Positions 1 to 12,225 of a stretch of DNA of 64,000 bases are shown here, in pieces. This DNA comes from Podarcis vaucheri (lineage: Eukaryota): the NCBI GenBank assembly GCA_965113315.1, contig OZ220368.1; one strand, 5' to 3'. The notes beneath the pieces were generated by a model. It searched no databases. It had not been told where the DNA came from and saw nothing but the letters and a program-made list of their open reading frames with translations. A program made the position numbers and the translations under genes. Within the stretch, counting starts at the first letter, position 1. Every line of letters starts with the position of its first letter.

Positions 1-554
1 TGACAGGAAGATGGCATAGCTATATATGCCTGCCTGGACACACTTCTCTTTTCGCCACCATGCATACAATGTGAGAACACCCCTAGACTAAGTAACCAAA
101 TTACTATTTTAAGTCTGCTTGGACAAAACTGTTGTATTTGCAGTATACAAGAAGTATACTGAGTGAGTAAATGTTATTTTTAGCCTTTCAAACATGTTTG
201 TGTGTGACTGTTATTTTAATGAGGATAAAATAGAGTAATACCAGGAAAATCCAGTCTGTCTTAAAGCATTCTAGAATACTAAAACTAAAAGGCTAACACT
301 AGCCTATCTAAGGTTCCCTTTTAAGCTACAAAGGAGTGGCACCCTGCTGATCCCACAAACGTGAGGAAGGAAGGATAATATCTATAAATATAGCCTCTCT
401 TGGCATCTAGTCACATCCCAAAAGAACGCAGAGGAAGACAAGACAGCCACAACTACTCACAGCCCTTCCTCTCTCATCCTATCACAATCTATGTTATCGC
501 TCATCAGCAAACCTGCAAAGCAGGTGAAGAAAGGTGGGGCAACAGATAGTGATT

Positions 555-812
555 AGCAGCACGGTCCTATCATTAGGCAGAGTGGAGCTGCCACCTCAGG
601 AGCAGATAATTGGGAATAGCAACAGCACCCCAGTTGTTTCTCCTGAGCCCCCTCAGCCATTTCGCTCTATGGCTTCACCTGGAATTGATATACCTCCCTA
701 TACTCAGAGGTCTCAGGGAAGTTCACAGTCTCAGGGTGGCTTCTATATGTGGGGTGGAAAGGGAGAACACCTTGTCCTTTGCCACAGGTGGCAAAATGTC
801 TTGGACTAGCCA
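555..812. mobile_element. Degenerate non-autonomous DNA transposon (hAT-like MITE)
   Basis: Ends ggtcctatcattaggcagag...cagat and ...caaaatgtcttggactagc match, in reverse orientation, the ends of the element at 22045-22257. Confidence 0.5.
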
Positions 813-1870
813 ATGGTTGGACACAGTATCAGGTAGCTTTCTACCTTCCTATGCAGTGGGGGATTGAAAGCTATGCATCTCTTTAAACATTTTGTCTGGT
901 TTCAGTAAAATTAAAGGGGGCGAGGGGAAAAAGTGATTCATGGAGAGGGAGGGGGGAGTTAGATCAACTTTGAGCTGAAAGCCTCATGAAGTAGGCCATG
1001 CGACCAGAGGAGTCAGCAAAGAGCTTCTTAAATCCGGATAGCAGAAACTTCTTTCCCCCTTGCCTGAAGCCAGGAAGCCTCCAGGAATCAGAGGTGATTA
1101 AATGCAGGCGAAGACAGCTGTGCAGAGAGAAAGTGAATCATAAAGAGATCTGTCAAGAAGCTGTGGGAACGAGGATTAAGCCCAGGCCTGAGGAGAAAGC
1201 TACAGAATTGGAAACTCTGCCCAACAACAGCAGCGGCGGCGGCGGAAGAAAGTTTGGGTTTGTGAGAAGGAGAGAAAGGAAAACACACACTTTGAAAAGA
1301 CCAAAAGGAAATTCTAAGTAAGAGTCAAGAGACTGAAGTGTAGCTGCTTTCAAGTCAAAGTATGCACCTTCCAGCAAGTGCCAACTGGTGGGGAAGAGAG
1401 GAGAAACTCATTAAACTATAAAGAGTCCTGTGGCACCTTAAAGACTTGCACAACTTTATCTTGGCCTGAGCTTTTGTTGGAAAGCACCAACTTCATTATT
1501 TCCTGCAACTGTCAAGCCTTTCAGAATTCTCCTCCTCCTCCTTCATTAAATGGTAATTATCCACACCAGGCAGTTGTCAGTCATACTAAACCTTGGTGTT
1601 TATATTTCATATGCGTCTCGCGCATTTTTTTTTTTGAAGGAAAGAAAGCAGCCAACACAAGAAGCAGCAGATGCAATTGTTCTCTTGAATTGGTTCCTCG
1701 TCTGCTACCAGTGGAGTCCTGGGTGATGGCCAACTTTTCAGCTAGCCTCTGTAGCAGTGGCTCAGTGGAGTTAGGGTGGTCATGTGCCCTCAGGGTCTGC
1801 AGAAAAATAATCTTTAGGAAAAGTACTTAAATGGAGGAGGACCCCCATAATGGCCCAGTGGCTGAGTATA

Positions 1871-2101
1871 CAGTGGTACCTCAGGTTAAGTACTTACTTC
1901 GTTCCGGAGGTCTGTACTTAACCTGAAACTGTTCTTAACCTGAAGCACCACTTTAGGTAATGGGGCCTCCTGCTGCTGCCATGCTGCCGGAGCCCGACTT
2001 CTGTTCTTATCTTATCCTGAAGCAAAGTTCTTAACCTGAAGCACTATTTCTGGGTTAGCTGAGTCTGTAACCTGAAGTGTATGTAACCTGAGGTACCACT
2101 G
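1871..2101. mobile_element. Tc1/mariner-type MITE, family A
   Basis: TA|CAGTGGTACCTCAGGTTA...TAACCTGAGGTACCACTG|TA: TIRs plus TA TSD. Reverse orientation relative to the other copies. Confidence 0.92.
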
Positions 2102-2841
2102 TACTCATTGGCCACATAATTCTGACTAACTGTTGGCTGATGGGAAATAGAAAACAGGAGAGAGTAATGGAATGAAGTCTCCGAAGCAGGAGCACTCCAT
2201 ACTGGAACAGGCATTGTTTGTCATGACTAGAAGGCACTGATGTTTTCATCCTTCCTAAATTTGTCTAATCCCCCTTTAAAGCCATCTAAGCTAGCAGACA
2301 TCACCATCTCTTCTGGCAACAAATGTCATAAGTGATGTGCTGTGCTGTGCAAAGCGGTGCTTCCTTTTGCCAACCCGGAATGTGATTCTTCTTCGGCGAG
2401 GCTTGTTCTTCCATATGACTGATAATCCTATAACAATGCTTTCCATCAAAGTATCTGGAAAGAGGTGTTGAACTCAATGGGCTATTAATTTCCTGGGCCT
2501 CCTCCCGTCTCGGATCTCCCTCCCCCTTTTAAAAAAAACAAATGTTACATTGTCTACACATTGTTTATTTTCATGTTTTAAAAAGCTCCACCTCTAAATT
2601 CTTGCATATCAAGCAGCTGTTACACAAGAGCTGCAAACTGGGAACAGTTGTCTTCGTGTCATTCAGCAAATCCTCATGCCATCATTCAAATAAAGCATGT
2701 CACATCTACTGATTTCCAGTACGGATGGACCAGTTTTCCCATATGTGGTCACAAAGTGGTTCACACAACAATCAACAAAATAATCTAACAATCAAAATGC
2801 ATTTAACAACAACAACAGCACTGGTAAAAACATAAGATGGA

Positions 2842-3027
2842 AACATAGGAATCTGCCTCATACTGAGACCTTTGCTCCATCTTGCCAAGTTTTGTCAACA
2901 TTCACTGGCAGGGGGTCTCCAGAGTATTGGGCAGGGTTTTCTCCCAGCCCTATCTGGAGAGGCTGGGGATTGAGTCAGGGACCTTGTGTTTGCAAAGCAG
3001 ATATCCTAGCACTGAGCCACAGCCCCC
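2842..3027 (-). mobile_element. tRNA-derived SINE (Squam2-like)
   Basis: Reverse complement starts GGGGCTGTGGCTCAGTG (A box), has a B-box-like segment and ends ...TTCCTATGTT. Homologous to the copies at 24720 and 54872. Confidence 0.65.
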
Positions 3028-3364
3028 CTCCAGTTCAATAAATAGGATCCACACTGCAGCAAGAATGCAACCCTCTGATCCAGAGCAGACTAAGAAAATC
3101 GACCAGAAGTCTGGGTGACATTTGTCTTGAGTTGGTCACAGTAACTCATCAAAGAGAGAGCCAGCCATTCACACCTCTGGGGGAGAAATGTTCCATAGCT
3201 TTGTGTTTGGTGCATACACAACCACCAATAAGGTCCCTACATGGCCAACACCACTCTCAGTATGATAAGCCCTCTCTGCTGGTATGGTGTTGTAAACAAA
3301 AATTGCCCTTTTCCCTTATGGGGTATCTAAGAGCCCATATAGAGTCCTTACATAGGTTCCCTAT

Positions 3365-3987
3365 TGGTAGGAGAGAATAACAGAGGCCAACCAGAGAATA
3401 TTGAGAAGCAAAGCAGCTAGTAAGCTTGATCTTTATTGATCTGTTGCAACAGGGTGCTCCCCTCATCCGCAGGAGAGAGGGGGAACCCCGAAAAATGGCG
3501 TGTAAAGACTTTTGAAATTGCCACACTGTAGATCAACACCACCCCCAGAAACATCATACATACATCACAGAAGGGGTGTAACCCAAGACCACCCCTCAGA
3601 TACATCACACTTACATCACAAAAAAGGCGGTCTAAAACAGAAATTTAAATATTGTTTTTCTCCTGTTGTTGTTTATCTCCTGTCTGGCAGGTTACTTGAT
3701 TGGATTGCCTGGGGAGCCTGGCCATTCTTTTGTAGCGATAAATACTTAGTTCCTGGGCCAGGTCACAGGCTCACACCCTATTCATATCTTAAATGTGTCC
3801 TTAAGACAGGATTTGCGAGGAAAGAGACAATGGGGAGGTTTCCCACTTTGACCTTGCAGAGGAAACATTTGGTCAGTTTAGGAATCAAAATGGTTCCAGG
3901 TTGGCCTTCCTGTGCTGATCTATGTACGTGCTTGGTTGGTACACTTATGAACATTACCATATATCTAAGACCATAAAATTCCTATCA
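3365..3987 (-). mobile_element. Solo LTR (ERV-like), 623 bp
   Basis: TG...CA termini with a 7/8 inverted repeat (TGGTAGGA / TCCTATCA). Flanks CTAT/CAAT fit a 4-bp TSD with one mismatch. AATAAA on the minus strand at 3432-3437, near the 3' end. Internal duplicated acatcaca motifs. Confidence 0.7.
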
Positions 3988-4585
3988 CAATGGGTAGAGG
4001 CATTGTATCAGACACATAGGTTCCAAGTCATTAACACCTTAAATTGGGCCCAGTAATATATAAGTAGCGAGTTCGGATCCTACAGGACTATTGTAATACT
4101 GGCTCCACAACTGACAGTCAGCATTCTAGAAGTTGCATTCTACACTAGTTGCAGAGTCTGGATCCTCATCAAGGGCAGCTCTGCACAGAGTGAATTATCC
4201 TTGCAGCTCTGTAAGACAGAATGGTTATTCCTATATTTGAGATGCTGGGGTTGACTGAGAGTGAAGACTAGCGACTTTATAGAGATGATAGGAGGCTTGA
4301 TTTCACAAATACTCATAGCTACATCACTTTGAGGAACTGCTCTCTCTGTGTCATGATAGTGTTCTGAAGTTATATTTCTAGCATTGCAGAAGAGCACAGG
4401 AAGGGAGCAACTGGAATGTGTGAAGGGAGAAACAGGAATTTTTGAAGGCAGAAAATGCAAGAATTGACCAGAATAAAGAAGGAATAAAGAAAATACCACC
4501 TGGCTGGGCAATTTGATAACACAGTTCACTGCCATCAACAAGAGCTTTGTTGGGAATAAGGGGCTAACATGGAAGAACTGAAGTA

Positions 4586-4810
4586 CAGTGGTACCTCAGG
4601 TTACATACGCTTCAGGTTGCAGACGCTTCAGGTTACAGACTCCGCTAACCCAGAAATAGTACTTCGGGTTAAGAAATTTGCTTCAGGATGAGAACAGAAA
4701 TCGCGCGGCGGCAGCAGCGGGAGGCCCTATTAGCTAAAGTGGTGCTTCAGGTTAAGAACAGTTTCAGGTTAAGAACGGACCTCCGGAATGAATTAAGTAC
4801 TTAACCATTG
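4586..4810. mobile_element. Tc1/mariner-type MITE, family A (right TIR internally deleted)
   Basis: TA|CAGTGGTACCTCAGGTTAC... ending ttaaccattg|TA, missing about 9 nt of the TIR. Confidence 0.88.
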
Positions 4811-5128
4811 TACGTACAATGCACCTAAAAAAGCAGGATAAACGATCAGCAATGCAGAAGCAGGAACTCTTTTTACAGTCTGAGCCGGAGAAGAATTTCT
4901 GGGGGAAAGGGTGCTCAGTTCATAATTCATCCAAACATTATGAGTTGGGCCAGTTTGTATTTTGAACTGGGTCACTGTGAATGGCAGCTGCATCTTGACT
5001 TATTCCTCATCACAAAATCTAGCCTTTTACCTCCTTTCCACCTTCAACAATATCAAAACAAACTTTGCCACAATGCTTCATTTTGTCTCTCCCTTTCTCT
5101 CAGTGCATGTATATGTGCAAAATGAAAC

Positions 5129-5660
5129 TATCGGTCCGGATATAAGACGCATCTGCAAATAAGCCGCACCTTCAAAATTCAAGGCTTATTTGCGGGTGTG
5201 GCCCTTCTCCCGGCTCTACCACCCTAAATGGGGGGGGGGAGGCGACGCTGGGGTCCTGCTCCCCAAGCCGGCACTGGCACTCAGTTTCAAGCGCCCTATG
5301 TACCTGCTTCCCAACACTACAGCATCCCAGCACTACTTCCCCAAGACGGCACTGGGGGAGGTTTGGGAGCGGCTGGCGGGCTGTGCGCTGTTGCCCCGCG
5401 CTCCTGGGCTGCTTCCTGGGGGGGAGCCCCGCCGCTTGGCTGGTGGCCTCCCCTCCCTTCTCCCTTCCTTACAGCGGCTCGGGGAAGACTTGGGAGACAT
5501 GGTTGGGACGGGTGCCATTGTCCTGCACCCCAAATGGCCCTCGTGGGCAGCTGTTTCAGCAGTGATACCGTAAGGTAGCGAATATAAGCCACACTTTAAC
5601 TTTTCACAATCAGAATTTTTTTTGGGGGGGGGAGCGCAGCTTATATTCGGTCCAATACGG
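5129..5660. mobile_element. pogo/Tc2-like MITE with CCGTA-type TIR and GC-rich interior
   Basis: Left tatcggtccggatataagacgc and right gcttatattcggtccaatacgg|TA are inverted repeats. Internal ataagccgcac/ataagccacac repeats. Left end slightly truncated. Confidence 0.7.
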
Positions 5661-6725
5661 TACATGTCTATAAAGTGTTCTGAAAACCCACAGGGTTAGG
5701 TAAATAAATACCATAGGGATAATTATGACGCGTAAAAAAATAATTATGATGGGAAACCTAAAAAGTATAACTAGGGGACCCTGCAATTCCTACATTCCCT
5801 CCTTCCCTAAAAACAACAACTTGTTCTCGTGGGCTAATTGGATGTGCTCTGAATGTGAAACAGAAAAGCATATACCCAAATATGACAATTTTAGCACCTC
5901 CCATCTTTCCTTATTTAATGCAGCCCAATGGAAGTTCTTTTGCTTCTTTATTAGTGCTGTAAATCTAAAGGACACAAGACTATAGCAGGACATACCATCC
6001 CTACTTCCCTCTATAAACTTTTATAGTTTTATATTATAGAATAAAAAATGGATCTCAGTCAGTCGCTTTGTTTCGCAACCTTTTGCCTTTTTGGCCTGCA
6101 AGCCAATCCCAGGCATGTGGGGATTCCTCAGGAGTAGCACCCATTATTGTGTTATCAAAGATCATCTCATCCCCTAAAGGCCCGACTGATCCTTGTGTTC
6201 CGCAGGAAAGAGTCTCCCGCAGATACTACCCAATCTGAATTCCTAGTTATCTCCTTAAAAGATATTACAAGGGATAGATATCAGGAAACAGGGAATGACG
6301 CTGCCACTGTTGAGGGAAAATATTTTTTAAAACTATGGTGGTGAGAGAGGATGGTGTCATAAGCTGGTGCCTGGAGCACTTTGCGCTGCAACACTTTGTC
6401 GCTCCGTTTGCCTCTCCCAATGCTGAGAGCACTGGGAGAGTGTTCTTGTTGCATGTGGCGCACTCAGCAAACGCTGGGTGCCCCGTAAATAATGTCAGTG
6501 TTAGCCTGACCCACATACTCAGCTGTTAAGTCACTGTGACCCAGAGAAACACTCGGGATCAAAATACGAGAGTCTTTTAGGCACCCAGAGATGGTTTGTG
6601 TTCCTCAAAATAGCTCTTGATGGGGTTCAGACTGTGGAATCAGAGTCAAGGGTTGAGAAGTTATTATTTAAGGGATTTGGGGCAGCATAAACCAAGTAGA
6701 TAATAATTGTGTGTGTGTGTGTTTA

Positions 6726-6902
6726 CAGTGGACCCTCCGGATATGAATTTAATTCATTCTGGGGGTCCGTGCACACCTCGAAAAATCAGTATCCAGAATA
6801 AAAAATGGATCTCAGTCACATGCAGCGGGGTGAAACCCAGAAAAATACTTCTGGGTTTGCTGCTTTCGCAACCCGAAGTCTATGTTACTTGAGGGTCTAC
6901 TG
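6726..6902. mobile_element. Tc1/mariner-type MITE inserted in a (TG)n tract
   Basis: TA|CAGTGGACCCTC...GAGGGTCTACTG, flanked by TG repeats on both sides. Confidence 0.7.
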
Positions 6903-7166
6903 TGTGTGTGTGTATAATCAGCGGTTGATTACTATTTTAAACAACCAGAGGCAGGAGTTTTGTGCCTGGCTGTTTGAAAGCTTAGGTCTCTCAGTGGTTG
7001 CTCAAAAATGGGTGGGGGCAGCACTGAGGGCATTGGGGTGCCCATGGTGCCATGTTGGGGACCCCAGAACCAGAATTCGATTATTTATCAGATACAGGTT
7101 AATAACGATCCCCTCTTTGATTTGTAGAACCTTTGGTTTTCCGTTTCATTGTGCTTCTACTAAATT

Positions 7167-7349
7167 GCTAACCCGGAAATAGTACCTCGGGTTAAGAACT
7201 TTGCTTCAGGATGAGAACAGAAATCGCACAGCAGCGGCATTGCGCAGTGAGAGGCCCCATTAGCTAAAGTGGTACCTCAGGTTAAGAACAGTTTCAGGTT
7301 AAGAACGGGCCTCCAGGACGAATTAAGTTCTTAACCCGAGGTACCACTG
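7167..7349. mobile_element. Tc1/mariner-type MITE, family A, left-truncated
   Basis: Body matches family A; right TIR ...CCCGAGGTACCACTG|TA is intact. Confidence 0.88.
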
Positions 7350-7973
7350 TATGTATCTTGCATTTATTGCTTATTGTAACCTGCTTTGAGGGACTCCTAA
7401 GCGGTAGGGAAACGGCGTATAAAATAATGCTGCGATGGTGCTGGTAACCAAAAACCGAGAAGCAGAAGAAAACCAACCGTAATGTTCGTTTGTGTTTATT
7501 TCTTTCATCCGTACACCCTTTTGAAATCATGTATGACATTCTTTTAATTGCTTTCATGTATGAAACTGTTTGGAAGTGTTTCGTTTTAACTGCTGGCATT
7601 TGTATTGCTAAGTTGCTTCAGGCGATTGGGTCCATTAATCTCAAATACTGTCTACACGGGCTGGCAGTGGCTCTCCTGTTTCCAGACAAGGAGTCTCTTA
7701 CAGACTGCCACTACTTTGGGGTGGGATTCAATCACATCCTGGCAATTTGAGGTTGCCTGCTTTAGGGTTGCTTTGGTGGTCTTGTGCAACAAACCCGCTG
7801 CCCCAAAAGTTCATACTTTTTCATGAGGAAATGCATTGGGAAATTGTGGGGTAAGAACACTTGCTTTGACACAACATACTTCCTGTGGATTGTGGGAGTT
7901 TTAGTCCAAATTCCCCAGGAGTGACCCCCATGTTCACACCAAGACAGAAGGAGGAATCTGAGGCCTATGACAA

Positions 7974-8850
7974 ATGGGAGATTGGGAGAGGCTCTGGAAA
8001 ATAGATTTTAAACTTACAGCATGTTGTACGCTGAAAGAAAATTATATGAAAACGATGTATCGGTGGTACTTAACTCCTACTAAATTATCTAAAATGTATA
8101 GAGCAAGTTCAAATATTTGTTGGAAGTGTAAAGAAAAGGAAGGTACTTTTTTCACATGTGGTGGACATGTAAGATAACAAAACCATTTTGGGAAATGGTA
8201 TATAATAACCTTTTGAAAAATGCTTAAAATAACTTTTGTTTTAAAAAAAACCAATAAGCTTTTTAAATTGGGAATTACAGGTACTGAGATTCCAAAAGAC
8301 CAGAAAAGACTTTTCATGTATGCGACAACAGCTGCATGGATGCTACTAGCCCCAAAATGGAAAGGAGCAATAACTCCGACGAGGGAAGAATGGCAATCCA
8401 AGCTGCTGGACTATGCTGAAATGGCAAAACTAACAGAGAGACTCAGGAACCAAAAATACAAGGACTTGGAATGGGAAAAAATATAATTTACTTAGGAGAC
8501 CATTGTAAGCAAATCAAAACTTTGTTGTTTAGTCGTGTCCGACTCTTCGTGACCCCATGGGCCAGAGCACGCCAGGCACTCCTGTCTTCCACTGCCTCAC
8601 GAAATCAAAACTTTAGCTGGACTATAAGAATCACTTGTAAAGTAATGAAGATTATGGATAATTTGGAAAAATAAAAATAGTGGAGAACGTATTGATATGT
8701 AGTCTTAATTATGGTAATAAGGACCCATGTAGGGGATGGGGGAGAAGTCATGAGATTCAGAGAATCTCACAAAATGATTACACAAATTGTTCGATTGTAA
8801 ATTTCTACTGTTAAAACTAAATATTTTGTTATTTATTTTAAATAAAAAAA
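7974..8850 (+). mobile_element. 5'-truncated, frameshifted L1-clade LINE (ORF2 C-terminus and 3'UTR)
   Basis: ...YRWYLTPTKLSKMY...CWKCKEKEGTF/HMWWTC (Cys/His knuckle across a frameshift), then ...LAPKWK...W...EMAKLT. Ends in an AATAAAAAAA tail. Confidence 0.8.
8524..8601 (-). mobile_element. BovB/RTE 3'-end fragment (78 bp) nested in the L1
   Basis: Reverse complement ...GCCTGGCGTGCTCTGGCCCATGGGGTCACGAAGAGTCGGACACGACTAAACAAC is the BovB-type 3' end. Perfect 13-bp TSD AAATCAAAACTTT at 8511-8523 and 8602-8614. Confidence 0.85.
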
Positions 8851-10171
8851 TACTTGGACAAAGTTTTGCAGTTTGAACTGATGTAGCTAAAAAGCTAATA
8901 GCCAAAACAGAGGCACTTGGGGAATCTGGAGCTCTTGAGGAATCCACTGTGCTCTGCTTATATACTTGTAAACAAATCAGAGACACCATGGATTGGATCT
9001 ACATTTAGAGGAGACCTATGGCAAACCACAGATCTACTCTAAGCACGGATGTACTCCCACAAGTCTCCAATGCCCTCTCACCCAAAGCAAACTTTTTATT
9101 TATTTTTAAAGTGTAAGTAATTTTTCATGCTGCTTTTCAGGACCAAAATACTTCCTAAGGGCTGCATCCAAGCAAGTTCAACTGAGAGTAGATCCACCCA
9201 AGTAATTTTAAACGGTTCTACTCCTGAGTAGAACTAACATTGGTGACAACCATCAGTGGCTCAAAAACAGTAATAAAATTAAACATTACCAATCCAGTCA
9301 TTAAAACCACGAGCACATAATACATGTTTGAAAGTAGTACAAAAACTAAAACAGCCTATATCGTAATTACATTCAAGCTATGCATCATCTGCTACCATTA
9401 CGCTAACAGTGAAAGAAGTTTAAGACCATACCAGAAAGATTGCAGAAAGAAACTAAGAGAAAGGGAACCAAATGAAGTTTATGAAGGGAGCCACCACTAA
9501 AAAGGCCCTGTCTCATGTTCCCACCAGCCCAGTCATACCTACTGCAGATGCACAAGGCAGGTCTCTGTAGCCAGTCTTAGGTATTTCAGCACTGACCCTA
9601 GAACTACTCACTGTGAACAGTATGCATATAGAGTGGGAGGCATGTCCAGGTGGTCTGAGAAAATCCAAAAGGACATTCAAGAAAACCCTGCAAACAGTTG
9701 AGTTTTTCAGTCATAACTTTAATGTGATCACTGCAATTCGACCACAGCTTCAGAGAGGAAAGTCTCAGGTGATCTGTGCTTAGGACGTCAGTCAATCCAA
9801 AACCGTTATTTGAGGCAGGGTTGTGACATGTATACATTTGGTGCAATAATGCAAATCAGGAATATTTCTTTTGTTCAAAAGAAAATAAATACTTCATCTG
9901 CATGCGCGTGCAAAAGCACTCATACACACACACACACACAAATATTCCAGGAATGAGATTAGTTTACTTGAAGAAGAAAAACGCACACACTTTGTCATAA
10001 ATTGTTAATTTTTGAGAAGGCTTTGCTTTTTAAAAAAATGAATGCAAAGACCCAAAACAGAGGGTTTTCCCCTTCCTTTTTCAAAATCTGAGTGTTGCGT
10101 TTCCAAGACATAATATATTTGTGTTAAACAAAGCAACAAGGTGAAAACAAGCAATCCAAAGTATTGTAAAA

Positions 10172-10177
10172 TTTATT
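10172..10177 (-). terminator. Polyadenylation signal AATAAA of PMEPA1
   Basis: Minus strand reads AAAAGCTGCAATACTTAAAAC-AATAAA-TTTTACAATACTTTGGATTG followed by a GU/U-rich downstream element (CTTGTTTTCACCTTGTTGCTTTGTTT). Confidence 0.8.
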
Positions 10178-12183
10178 GTTTTAAGTATTGCAGCTTTTAA
10201 AGAATAGAATGACATATCATTGCCACCATCGGTTACTGTTACACAAGAAGCGTTTTACAACGGAGTTGTGGAAATTGGCATCAGAGTACATATTCATACT
10301 AAAACAGCAAAATATAGATAAGTACTGCATTGCATGTGCTGTCTATAGTTTACATAAGTTTTTTTTTTATCTGAAGAAAAAAAAAATTCAGGATACAGGA
10401 CTGCCTATAACAAACTCCAAAGCCAAAAGCAATCCAACTGGAAATTGAAGAAAATATTAAAATACAATGAAATGTGACTATAAGGCAGGCAAATTAGGAC
10501 TTTTAATGTAGTCCTTCATGAGCTTCTATATTACAGCAAAAAATTGAAAAAAGCAGTTTATGGAAATTTTGTTTTTTCCTCTTCAACCCCTTTTGTTTTG
10601 TGTAGTACACGGGAGAAGTATAGGTATATATATATATATCTGAGTGCCACACAGATCATACAAGAGAATACAAATTAAGTCTGTTCTTGGCTAGTATGTT
10701 TATGCTACAATTCTGGCTTCTTTAATTCAACTCAAGAGAGAAAAAAGGGTGAGCTTTTTCTTTCCGTTAAACTTAGCATTTAGTGCAATTTTGAAGAGAG
10801 ATTCAGATGTACTAAAAAGAAAGAACAATGTTCTCAGAACAATATTGATTTTTTTCCCCCTTACCTATGACCATCCTTATTCTTAAGTGAATTGTGGATC
10901 AGATTTCTAAACCCAACGCTTACAAGAGTTGAAAGCAAGAATCATGAAAAAAGAACCACACTTGTAACCTGCCATTATTATTTTCAAATACACATTCATA
11001 CCTCAGTACATAATATTTTGGTGGAACTGGTTTTTAAGAATTCTCTTTGCTCTACTGTAAAAGTACAGGACAAAAAACCCCTCCAGACCTACTGGCTCTT
11101 CACACTTCTAGCAGTTAGAAAGGAGTTTGTCAACTATAAGTGTTGCTTTGTTTTCTCCCCATAATTTTTGTTTTTTAAGGTCTTTTCTGGGGCTCATATC
11201 TTCACTCATTTAGTCAGGTGCAAAAACATAGCTTTCATCAATGAAGGTGTGCCCTTCCATCTATTTTTTTATCAATGAAGGTCCGTCACTCTGTTTTTAT
11301 GAAGGCCCACAGATCTCCCTTTGAGTTATGGGGGAAAGAATGGAATTATGATTAATACTGACTACATACAATCCACTGTGTACAAGTGTGTCATCAATGC
11401 TAGCAAGATTCCTAGCAGAATTTCTGTAAAACTGGCAAATGGGAAAGCCAGCTTTGCCATTCAGAAACCATCTAAGAACTTGGCTCATTTAAGCAGCCAC
11501 CATGACAGTGTACACACGTTGCAGCTCTGATTGCAAAACTATTACTGGGGGGAATTATAAGGGGGACGACATATTTCTCTCCGCAAACACTTAAGCAAGT
11601 GTGAACAAGCTACCTGAGAAACCCCAACGGCGGAATGACTCCTTGATCAGTCCAGGTTAGTATCTGAGTTCCTATTGGCACAATTCACTTAAGGTTGCCA
11701 CTTTTTCCTCCTGGCAGGGCTCCTGGGTCTGTAACAACTTCACGTCTGGCAGAAGCTCAACAAGCACACCTTTTTCCTGGGATGGAAGTGCTATCAGGGG
11801 AAAAAACGCTTGCTTGCAGGTCTTTCTGCCTTCCACCCAGGCTGAAAATGCACAGGAGCCCTGGTAGGTAAAAGGTGGCAGCATTAGATCAAAGTTGATG
11901 AGTTGTCAACATCACTGATGTCCGCTATGTATCTGAATGCCTGGAGGCTTGGGATAAGCACACATCCGTCTGCATCTTAATAGCAGCAAAGGGCAAACAG
12001 GATATCATTTCCTTTGTTGGTATTAAGCAGCAGGATGGGGAGGAATCAAACCACTCTCCATCGGAGCCATGGTGTTCAAGGGAGTTCTCACAGTGGCTCC
12101 TGCTTAGACCAATGCTATCTTTGATAACTACAACTGGCCATTCAACAAGTTGATTAGCAAAGCTTAAGAGGGATGATGGCATT

Positions 12184-12186
<3 letters not shown>

Positions 12187-12224
<38 letters not shown>
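12187..12224. repeat. (CA)19 microsatellite in the 3'UTR
   Basis: Read directly from the sequence. Confidence 0.95.

Positions 12225-12225
<1 letters not shown>

Noticed and set aside
534-809. ORF containing IIGNSNS, reminiscent of a ZBP1 RHIM-like motif (ZBP1 is the mammalian neighbour of PMEPA1)
   Set aside because: The ORF coincides with a degenerate MITE (555-812), has no convincing splice sites and no further ZBP1 similarity.
9650-9785. Possible third plus-strand exon (WSEKSKRTFKK...)
   Set aside because: The acceptor has no polypyrimidine tract and there is no homology.
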